64,000 nucleotides of DNA from Macrostomum hystrix (taxonomy: Eukaryota; Animalia; Platyhelminthes), in NCBI GenBank assembly GCA_950097015.1, contig CATNEN010000034.1, positions 7,688,001 through 7,752,000 on the forward strand, written 5' to 3'. The position numbers and the translations under genes are program-made. The notes under the pieces were generated by a model that was not told where the DNA came from, did no database searches, and saw only the letters and a program-made list of their open reading frames with translations. Positions 50,201 to 60,514 of the stretch are shown piece after piece. How positions within the stretch are numbered: position 1 is the first letter of the stretch; every line of letters starts with the position of its first letter.

Positions 50201-53200
50201 GAGATTATCAGCGAATCTAGCTAGAGATTATCAGCGAATCTAGCTAGAGATTGTCAGGAAACCAACAAGAAACGGTCGATAAAGAATATTCTAAAGAGTT
50301 TGTCTTCTTCTAGTAAGATTGGCACCTGAAACTCTGACAGCAAAGGCAGTGAATTAGAGTCGCAATGACAATGACAACCTGTCCTCGACGCAGAGATGCT
50401 ATTTATCGAATCCGGGTCTCTCTTGAAAGCTTTCTGCATTGATTGAATCGAACGAAGCGCCTTCCATAGCAGCTGGATGTTCTAGGGCCCGGCTGCTGGC
50501 ATGAAGGAAGACGATGAGATGGGCAGTTTCTTGGACTCCATTAACTTGTTCCTATCCGCCTCAGGAGAGTTCCAACACTCACAGCCTGACAGTGCGAGGA
50601 ATTAGTTAGCATTATCCCCGGAGATTTGTCTCCCCTCAGATGCAGTGGAAACGATTAGTGCTTAAAGTCATGCATAAAATATTAATTGGTCCCCCCAGAC
50701 ACTTCCGTGCCGTCTTCATAATTTTTCTTGACCTCTCCTAGAAGTCGACGACAACTAGAAGTCAGCCAGCTGAGGGGTATAAAATTCCAACTCAATCAAT
50801 AATTATCGAGGAAACAGACACCAGAAAGGCCTGGACCGCTCAATTATTCATTATTTCTGGTATTTATCTACAGCTAATTTTGTGCAAAAAAACTTTCAGA
50901 ATGTTGAGAACTGTTCCATCTACAATACTAAAGGCAAATCGCCAACTGAATACTTCTTTGAGTGAGTCTCTCTGCTCAACCTTGAACTTTAAACTTGAGC
51001 TGTTATAACGTGTTAAACTGTAGCCTCGAGGTCTATTATATTATTATGCTGTCTATAATATTTCTACACCCTTCTTATCTGGCTGTTCAATTTTAGCAAC
51101 AAACTTCTCAGCCTGACAGACGGAATTCACGACATGGGCAACATGCGCTGGGATCTGCTGGGCCTGCTGTTGCTGTCCTGGATGCTAGTGTACTTCTGCC
51201 TCATCCGGGGCGTGAGATCTCTGGGCAAGGTGAGATTTGAGCAAGACATTCGATCATTGGGAATAGACTAGAGAGTGATTATACCACTGAGAATAGACTA
51301 GAGAGATTAGATCACTGAGACTTGACTAGAGCAAGATATTGGATAACTAAGACTAGACTAGTTCCCGAATCAGATCAGTGAGACTAGACTAGTCCACGAA
51401 TCAGATCAGTGAGACTAGACTAGAGAATTCTTCTCAAATATCCCCAGGTGGTGTACGTCACAGCTCTCGGTCCGTACGTGTTCCTGTTGATTTTATTCTT
51501 TCGCGGCCTGTTTCTACCCGGAGGTCGGGCTGGAATTCTGTACTACCTCACACCGAACTGGTCATCGCTAGCCACAGCCCAGCCGTGGGTTGAAGCAGCT
51601 CAGCAGATCTTCTGGAGCCTGGCACCGGCCTGGGGCGGCACTATTTGCATGGCTTCGCACAATGCCTTCAGGAACAATATTTACCGCGACAGCCTCCTGC
51701 TACCGATCCTGTCAGCTATGACGTCATTCTTTGGCGGCTTCGTCACCTTCGCCTACATCGGCGACCTGGCGATGCGCAAAGGCCAAGCAATCAACTGCGT
51801 TCTGAAGCCGGGACCTGGTCTGGCGTTTCTGGTCTATCCATCCGCCTTTGACACCTTGCCGCTGTCACAGCTGTGGTCCGTGATTTTCTTCGTGCTGCTC
51901 ATCTTCCTTGGTCTGGACAGTTCGGTGAGATTTCAGCTTGCCTGTTCCTGAATCGTCTGTTCCCGAATCGTCTGTTCACGAATCGTCTGCTCCCGAATCT
52001 TCTGTTCCCGAATCGTCTGTTCCCGAATCGTCTGTTCCCGAATCTTCTGTCCCCGAATCGTCTGTTCCCGAATCTTCTCTTCCCGAATTGTTTGCTCCCG
52101 AATCGTCTGTTCCCGAATCGTCTGTTCCCGAATCGTCTGTTCCCGAATCTTCTGTTCCCGAATTGTCTGTTCCCGAATTGTCTGTTCCCGAATCTTCTGT
52201 TCCCGAATTGTCTGTTCCCGAATTGTCTGTTCCCGAATCTTCTGTTCCCGAATTGTCTGTTCCCGAATCGTCTGTTCACGAATCGTCTGTTCCCGAATCG
52301 TCTGTTCCCGAATCGTCTGTTCCCGAATCGTCTGTTCCCGAATCGTCTGTTCCCGAATCGTCTATTCCCGAATTGTCTGTTCCCGAATCGTCTGTTACCG
52401 AATCGTCTGTTCACGAATCGTCTGTTCCCGAATCGTCTGTTCCCGAATCGTCTGTTCCCGAATCGTCTGTTCCCGAATTGTCTGTTCCCGAATCGTCTGT
52501 TACCGAATCGTCTGTTCACGAATCGTCTGTTCACGAATCGTCTGTTCCCAAATTGGATTTTTTAAATTTTTTCTTCCTACATTTTTGGCTGAATACATTT
52601 ACTGCTCCTGAATGTTCATAGCCATTAAAATTGCACTCAAACAACACACAATGATTCTGTAGTTCACAACATTCGAAGCAATGTACCAAAGCCTCATGGA
52701 CGAATTTCCGATTCTGCATCGATGGAGAAACTGGGCGGTGAAGTTGGGCTTCTGCGCTGTCAGCATGTCTATCGGTGTTCCCATGGTGATGCAGGTGATG
52801 CATCATTGTCTGATCATTGTTATCCCACACCTCCAGATGACATATTTATCCCAAAGACTCTCAAATTAAATAATGTAAATTAACTGAATTGTCACAGGGT
52901 GGATACTATATCTACACCTTGGTGGATTGGTACCAGGTCACCTTCATGATGGGTGTTGCCCTATTCGAAGTGATCGCGATTGTTTTTGCATATGGTAAGT
53001 TTTAAATGCCCCACATTTTTGGCGGTTGATAAAAACTGATTCAAGAAATAGACTCCAATTGTTTGACTCGATTGATTAAACTGACCCTGTCCTACTATTT
53101 AGGCAGCGGTAGAGTCCGAGCTAACATCCGCCTAATGACCGGCGTGCGAATGACCATCTTCTGGGACATCATCTGGAGAGCCATTCTACCTGTTGTACTC

Positions 53201-53208
53201 CTGGTGAG

Positions 53209-53257
<49 letters not shown>

Positions 53258-53478
53258 CGTTTGTTTGTTTATTGGTTAGTTAGTTAGTTATTTTGTTAGT
53301 TTGTTTGCTTGTTTGTTTGTTTGTTTGTTAGTCAGTTATTTTGTTTGTTTGTTTATTTGTTGGTTAGTTAGTTAGTTATTTTGTTTGTTTGTTTGTTTGT
53401 TTTTTTGTTTGTTTGTTTGTTTGTTTGTTTGTTTGTTCGTTATTTAGTTAGTTAGTTAGTTAGGTTGTTTGTTAGTCT

Positions 53479-53511
<33 letters not shown>

Positions 53512-53526
53512 GTTGTTTGTTAGTCT

Positions 53527-53567
<41 letters not shown>

Positions 53568-54927
53568 GTTGTTTGTTAGTTAGTTAGTTAGTTCGTTCGA
53601 GCTCCTTGATCAGATCCGTAAGTGGCTATCTAGTTTAGTCGCTGAATAATTTACTCAGTAAAATAAAGAGAATTGTAAATTCGGCTAATTGAATTAAAGT
53701 AGATATTTAGTGCGGCTGCAGACAAAGTGGTGGCCCTTCAGTCGTAAATAATTCAGAGCCGCACAACGGACTGATTTAATACTACGAGTTACCACTGAGA
53801 TCAAGGCGGGCATGTTAAATCCTGCTAAAATGTTGCAGCCTTTATTTGTGATTTTTAACTACTTTAAACGTGAAGCTGCTATTACTTCAGAACCAAGCAA
53901 GTTTTGCTCCGATTATTTTATTTAATTTTCAATTAATGTACTTTTATCGGAATCTATTATCTAGGGAAAAAGACGTGCTTTCAAAAACTTTTAGATCAAT
54001 TACAGCCTGCGAGGAGGCAATTCTGCCCATTCCGCTGACTCCTGAGCACACACGCACACAGATACTGTACGCAGGCACACACTCACACAGGTGTGTACAC
54101 CTGCCCTGACCATCTCATCGTCAGGCAGTGTACACTCTCACTGTGCCTTCAATAACGTAAAATGAATGTGGCCTCGCCGCGGAATCGAACTCAGGCGTCA
54201 TTTGGCATTAAAAACAGAATGCATATACGAAGGACATTGTGCAGATGCTGAAACCCTTTTGAGGCCACTATTGGAGCAGTCCGTCGCACACCCCCCACCC
54301 ACAGACTCTGTTCGTCTGCACCATGATGGAGTACAGGCCGCCGTCGTTCGCGAACTATCAGTACCCGAGTGTGGCCATCGCCTTCGGCTGGGTGTTCGCG
54401 TCGCTGGGCATTTTGCCCCTGCCTCTGTATGCCATCTACCTGGCAATCTACGAGTTGGTTAAACGGTGCCGGTCGGCTGAAAAGGAGCCCTTAATGGCGG
54501 TGTGTGTTTAATTTAATTTGGTATAAAGACCTACAGTGACACAAAGACCTACAGTGACACAAAGACCTATACAGTGACACAAAGACCTACAGTGACACAA
54601 AGACCTACAGTGACACAAAGACCTACAGTGACACAAAGACCTACAGTGACACAAAGACCTACAGTGACACAAAGACCTACAGTGACACAAAGACCTACAG
54701 TGACACAAAGACCTACGGAGAGGCACACAGCTGAATGGCACACTAAAACCCGATTCCAGATGGCCAAAAGGCTGACTTCGGCCACAGCCGACTGGGAGCA
54801 CGAGCGCGACCAGAACCTGATGAATGACGAGGAGTTGAAACGGCGCTACCTCAAGATGCGAGCCGAGGGACGAGTGGAGGCGGTCGAGATGCAGAACTTG
54901 CGCGTGGCTGAAAGCCCGACAGCCTGA
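47291..54927 (+). CDS. SLC6 sodium:neurotransmitter symporter, amino-acid (GlyT/PROT-like) type, 10 exons, about 639 aa
   Basis: Exons 47291-47507, 49409-49746, 50900-50961, 51097-51229, 51448-51924, 52663-52794, 52898-52994, 53103-53203, 54305-54499 and 54760-54927. All are GT-AG and phase-consistent (1920 nt). Motifs [47 protein letters not shown] and LGLDS. Confidence 0.92.
48757..49350. repeat. 31-bp minisatellite (GAAATCTGCCAGTTTATCGAGGGTTTATGTC) in SLC6 intron 1
   Basis: About 18 visible units. Confidence 0.95.
49783..50256. repeat. 22-bp minisatellite (GGGATCTAGCTGGAGATTGTCA) in SLC6 intron 2
   Basis: About 21 visible units. Confidence 0.95.
51240..51425. repeat. Degenerate GACTAG-containing tandem repeat in SLC6 intron 4
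   Basis: Recurrent GAGA(A/C)TAGACTAG units. Confidence 0.7.
51941..52550. repeat. 15-bp minisatellite (CCGAATCGTCTGTTC) in SLC6 intron 5
   Basis: About 40 visible units; explains ORFs 51873-52621. Confidence 0.96.
53205..53597. repeat. (TTAG)n/(TTTG)n compound microsatellite in SLC6 intron 8
   Basis: Direct reading. Confidence 0.95.
54003..54195 (-). mobile_element. Truncated, internally deleted SINE family B copy, antisense in SLC6 intron 8
   Basis: Minus strand: CCTGAGTTCGATTCCGCGGCGAGGCCACAT..GGCACAGTGAGAGTGTACACTGCCTGA..GTGCTCAGGAGTCAGCG..GCAGAATTGCCTCCTCGC. Confidence 0.85.
54525..54717. repeat. 18-bp minisatellite (AAAGACCTACAGTGACAC) in SLC6 intron 9
   Basis: About 10 visible units. 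Confidence 0.95.
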
Positions 54928-55544
54928 CAGAGGCGATTAAAAAGTCAATCTTAAAACTTCTTTTCGTAGGTTTCTTTTAGAATTATTATTTCTCTTGAAA
55001 GCTTTGAAATCTCGAATTTTTTTACAATAGGTCCCTGCTTTACTTGTTGCACTGGTTTAGTCGATTGAATGCTTTCAGCATCAGCATCGTCAGTGTTGTA
55101 ACTTAACCTTTCGTGTTGTGCGGTAAATGCTTTAGAAATCATTTCAAGTATGATAGTACTAAATTATGTTAACTTTATTCACATTTCCTTTTGCATGTAA
55201 ATGAAATCACATCAAAGCCAGGCGATGGTAATATGAGATATGAAATGCTTTTATAGCACAACTACGCAGAGCATAAGTTAGCTTTGGTTAGAAACACAAG
55301 TTCACACTCTTAAATACTGTTGTTAGATTTTCTTGTTCACCATTTTAATCAACAAGTCGTTAGGACTCGTATAGCAAAGGCGCACACAATTCATTATAAT
55401 TTCTAGTAGCCAGAAAATAAACTCGAGAATATTTGCTGGCTAGACTGCTCTTCACAAATAGGATCAGTAGTATCAATCCGACTTTCTTTCTTCTTCCGAC
55501 TAGAAAGTGGTGTTGACCCAATGGCGATTGTGCCACTAGTGTCA

Positions 55545-56130
55545 GACAATAAAGGTAGTAGAAGTGTCAGTAGTGTCAGACTCTACAGATATTGTGTCAG
55601 TAGTGTCAGACTCTATAGATATTGTGTCAGTAGTGTCAGTAGATTGTGTCAGTAGTGTCAGGCTCTATAGGCATTGTGTCAGAAGTGTCAGACTCTATAG
55701 ATATTGTGTCAGTTGTGTCAGACTCTATATGCATTGTGTCAGTAGTGTCAGTAGTGTCAGACTCTATAGATATTGTGTCAGTAGTGTCAGACTCTATAGA
55801 TATTGTGTCAGTAGTGTCAGACTCTACATATATTGTGTCAGTAGTGTCAGACTCTATAGGCATTGTGTCAGTAGTGTCAGACTCTATAGATATTGTGTCA
55901 GTAGTGTCAGACTCTATAGGCATTGTGTCAGAAGTGTCAGACTCTATAGGCATTGTGTCAGTAGTGTCAGACTCTATAGGCATTGTGTCAGTAGTGTCAG
56001 TAGTGTCAGACTCTATAGGCATTGTGTCAGTAGTGTCAGACTCTATAGGCATTGTGTCAGAAGTGTCAGACTCTATAGGCATTGTGTCAGTAGTGTCAGA
56101 CTCTATAGGCATTATGTCAATAGTTAATGA
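55545..56130. repeat. 30-bp minisatellite (GTGTCAGTAGTGTCAGACTCTATAGRYATT) with an internal 9-bp subrepeat
   Basis: Visible units. Confidence 0.94.
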
Positions 56131-56275
56131 AGATTGTGTCAGCAAATATACAAAAATGTCAGTTAGTGTAAGAAGTCACAGTAGCAGGGCCAGTTAAAGT
56201 GAAACAGGCAGTCGCATTTATTATGAAACCCAACGACATGAAAACACTCGGTCAAACAAGTCCTTCAGCCAGCAG

Positions 56276-57275
56276 TCAGTAGCTGTCTCCAAAGCAAACT
56301 TCGGCCGACATTCCGCTCCTCTGTCGGCAGCAGCGGCAGCGTTCGCAGCCTCGCTCATCCGCCTGAAGCCGGCCGTCGCCGCTGAATTTGCGTCGGCAGA
56401 AGCTACGACAGCTGGCGCCGAGCCAGTGCGGCAGTCGACACGTCAGCAGCAGAGCCAACATGCGCTCACGCGGCTGCTCGATCTCCTGACTGTCCGGCAG
56501 GCAGACGCATTCGCCGAAGCAGCGACCGAGTGGGCCAATTAGGCGACAACGGACGAAGCTGCCTGGAGGACAATCGGGCGGCGGCAGCGGCGGCTGCTGC
56601 TCCGGGCAGTTGTCATCAGCTCGCCGAACTTTCGAACTGTCAGATGCTTCTAGACGAGGCAGGTTTTGGCGGTAAAATTCGACACTAGCTACTAGCAGAA
56701 GAAGGACGGGAAACTGCGTTTTTTAGGAAAAGTTAAGCAAGCGGGTTTTCGCCAAAAATACATTTTGAAGGTAAGATTTTAGGCACAGCGGAGGGCGTGT
56801 AGAGACAAGGAAAAAATGAAATATCGATGTGTCCACAAATGTCGAAGCTCGTCAGAAATTGATGAAGTGTTAAGGTGACTTAATTTTATCCGCCTCAAAT
56901 CAAAACAAGAAAAAAAACTTTTCTTGTTCTGAACAGAAAAAAACTGTAATTTTCCCGGCGAAAACACGCCTTTAAAACTTTCTTCTAAGAAACGCAGTTT
57001 CTAGTCCTAGGTATCCTTGCCTACAATTCAGTAGTGAGAAAATAAACCCTGGTAAAATCACCGCTTGGTTGAGGTCGTTGAAGGCAAGGACATTCCGTTG
57101 CTGTGGCGTTGCCAGGATCATTGCTGCCTGAGCATTGCTGGCTGAACACCAAGCGACTCTTTTCGCAGCTGACGCACATCAATCGACAGGTGTTGGGGTC
57201 CAGATGCTGTTGGCTAGTTGACACTGTGGCCAATACTGCGACCACTGTGGCCAATACCAGTAAAATTATATTCAT
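56276..57275 (-). CDS. Secreted cysteine-rich protein with an antistasin-like module, 2 exons, about 195 aa
   Basis: Exon 1 is 57275-57062 (signal peptide MNIILLVLATVVAVLATVSTS; donor GTGATT, phase 1). Exon 2 is 56649-56276 (acceptor CTAG, in frame to the stop). There are 20 Cys in 6+6+8 clusters; the last reads C..SCRSFC..G.LQADERGCERCRCC. Confidence 0.7.
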
Positions 57276-57814
57276 TTTCTCTGTGCTGTGTATAGTATGA
57301 CTTGTTTGTCTTGGTGGCTAAATAAAATAACAATTTTTAGTTTCACTTAAAAAGTTTTGACAGGCTTTTAAATAAAAAAATTCTGGTTCACAGCTGAGTA
57401 CAAGCATCCGATCCATCCAGGAATGTACAGTTAGTACACATATGTACACACGATAACAACATTTCTGTCCTGCTATTTTGCTGATTTGCTGATAGGTACA
57501 CAAAAAGTGCTGAAAAATTTCAACTTTAATAGTTGGCCAATCTAGATGACAAGCCTGTTTCAAAGCCGTGTTATTTTGTGATATTTATTGTGTGTTGTGT
57601 ATATAAGCACATTCGTAATAACTCGGCTTTTATCGTTAAATAGCACGTTCTAGGTAACGTTTTATTAGTTAGACCTCTAATTACCTTCATTTGACAGAGA
57701 AAAGAAATAATCTAATTACCTTCATTTGACAGAGAAAAGAAATAAAATATCTGTTTGTCTTTGTATTCAAAATTATTGTGAGCTCGTGTTAAGTATAGTA
57801 CACCATTAATCACA

Positions 57815-58345
57815 GATAACACACCAGAATCCACATAGATAACACACCAGAATCCACAGATAACACACCAGAATCCACAGATAACACACCAGAATCCACA
57901 GATAACACACCAGAATCCACAGATAACACACCAGAATCCACATAGATAAAACAACAGAATCCACATAGATAACACACCAGAATCCACAGATAACACACCA
58001 GAATCCACATAGATAACACACCAGAATCCACAGATAACACACCAGAATCCACATAGATAAAACAACAGAATCCACATAGATAACACACCAGAATCCACAG
58101 ATAACACACCAGAATCCACATAGATAAAGCACCAGAATCCACAGATATCACACCAGAATCCACATAGATAAAACAACAGAATCCACATAGATAACACAAC
58201 AGAATCCACAGATAACACAACAGAATCCACATAGATAACACAACAGAATCCACAGATTACACACCAGAATCCACATAGATAAAACACCAGAATCAACATA
58301 GACAACACAAAAGAATCCACAGATTACATGCCAGAATCCACATAG
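57815..58345. repeat. 21/25-bp minisatellite (GATAACACACCAGAATCCACA[TA..])
   Basis: Visible units. Confidence 0.94.
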
Positions 58346-58749
58346 ACAAAAACTAGAATAAATATTATCCTCATAACAATCCACTGATGACCACATCAGA
58401 TCAACTGATACCATTAAATTATTGATATGGCGGGGAAAATAAATATTCTTGTAGTTTGATCCATCATATCTTGTGTTTTACTATATCAGCCTCAAGCTAC
58501 AATATATTAAAGCCTTAAAATGAAAGCAGTTATGAAATTAAAAGAAAGCATCAACTATCAGTAAAAAACTGGGTCATTACTATTAACACTACTACGAGCC
58601 TGAGCATGCCAAGCAATCATATGCGCGAGATGCTATAAAACTAAGTTCAAATGAAAGAATGACGGAACAGCATGCATATGCGACTTGCTAGTCCGCTGTG
58701 AAAGTCCTGCAGTTCACGGGCGAACAATCGGAATGCCCAGATGGTCACA

Positions 58750-60420
58750 CTAGAGGTCGGTCTCTTGAATGCCTCCGGCAGACAGTCTGGTGCTGGGATG
58801 AGCGCGACCCGGGTATCTCGGCTGCGCCCTCCGTTCCGCCCTGCTAGACTCATCATCTCCACTGACGCCTCCGCGACAGTCGGTGTCGCTGTCAGAGTCG
58901 CTGAATAGTCCATGACGACGATTGATTGGCTGGTCGACAACAAAGGCGCCGCCCCGTCGGCTGGCAAACGTCGTCAGAGCCCTCCGGTTGGCCGCAGCAG
59001 CAGCGCCGCCCATTGTGGCACGCAGTCGTCGGTGCCTCCGACGCAGTGTTGCTGGCTGAGGATTCTCATTTTGAAGCTTGCGCAGTTTCTGAATATCTGA
59101 AGCGGATGCTACCGCTGCCGCAGCTGTGGCGTGCTGAGACTGTGAGCACGATCTGCGCGACCAATCACAATGAGTAGCCATATTCGGACAATCCAAGTTA
59201 TCCCCTACAGCTGATTGAGTGGCGAATTCAGGCGGGTTAGCGCTGCTGCAGCTGCATACCATCGACTTGTCCTTGTCAAATTGCCCCCGGCCAGTTTCTA
59301 AGAATCTGTCATTGTTTGAAGCTTGTATTTTTATCGTTTCTGCCGGCGCCACCTCATTCAGAGGGTTCGGCGAGTCGAAAGTTTCGCTTGGCAGCAGGGC
59401 GGTGGCCTCTGAACTTACTGACGACGACGATGACTTTGGTGAATGCAAGACTAGCTGAGTTGGTTGGTGCTGCTGCTGCTGAGGATAAAAGATCGGCGGT
59501 CGAACAAGCTTGTGACGTTCGGTTGGGTGCGCCTGTTTCACAAAGTTCTCTGTGCTCTGCAAATGGCTAAATTGATCATCAATGCAATCATTTCTACTAT
59601 CATGCTGAGCTTGAGTCAATCGTCGATCCAAATTTTCCTGAACCCCCTGCAGGGTCGGTGGCAAGGATCTGAGCGAGCTGCTTCGTCTAGGAGGTGCTGG
59701 CTCCTTGTGCTCTTCGGCAACAGCTGACGTTGATATATGGATCGCTGCCTTCTGATGCGAAGTAGGCGACCTAGTTCCAGGACTTTTCTCCAGACTGAGC
59801 AGGCTAGTCCTCTCGGCAGCTGAGGGCAAAGGGGGCTTAGCTTGCTCTGGTTCGGCGGCAGATACTGTCTCGCTAGAAGCAGCGGCTGTCAGACGACTCG
59901 ATCGGGACAGCGATCGCCGCCTGATCGGGGCCAAGGCCAAATCCCGGACCCGGCTGAGAGCGCTCCCGCTGCGGCGTCTTTCCTCTAGCTTCTGGCGCAC
60001 TTTGAAAGCCTTCACCAACTCACGACTGCCCTTGATAACATCGTGGGACATGGCTTTGCTGCGCAGGCAAACATCTTTTAGCAGCTGTGTAACCTGACGA
60101 TACTGTATGAGCTGCAGCTTCTCGCCGGCTTCCTGACTTAGAGCGGCTCGAAGCTCAGACCTCATCATGTCAAAGAAGAGACCGCTATATTCGCTGTGCA
60201 GCGCCAACACCCTCAGTGCTGAGCCCATTGGTTCGGCTAAATCCTTGATTTTTTCGTCCGACTGCTGTTGCTGTTGCAGAATTTCGTGCAGCTGCTGACA
60301 ATGGCTAACCAATAAGGCGCAGTATTTTTCAAGTAGTGTCTCATTCTGCTGCTGCTTATTTTGTTCTTGCTCTTTTTCTTGTTGTCCCTGCTGTTGCTGT
60401 TGCTGTTCTTCTCTTTCTTG

Positions 60421-60476
<56 letters not shown>

Positions 60477-60486
60477 TGCTGTGCAT
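58750..60486 (-). CDS. Uncharacterised 578-aa protein: N-terminal polyQ (19 Q), predicted helical region, long Ser/Pro/Ala-rich disordered tail
   Basis: A 1.7-kb stop-free GC-rich ORF that is not repeat-derived apart from the CAG tract. No family recognised; it may be one exon of a larger gene. Confidence 0.6.
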
Positions 60487-60514
60487 ATTTGCTCACAAGT
60501 GTGCTCACTGTATA

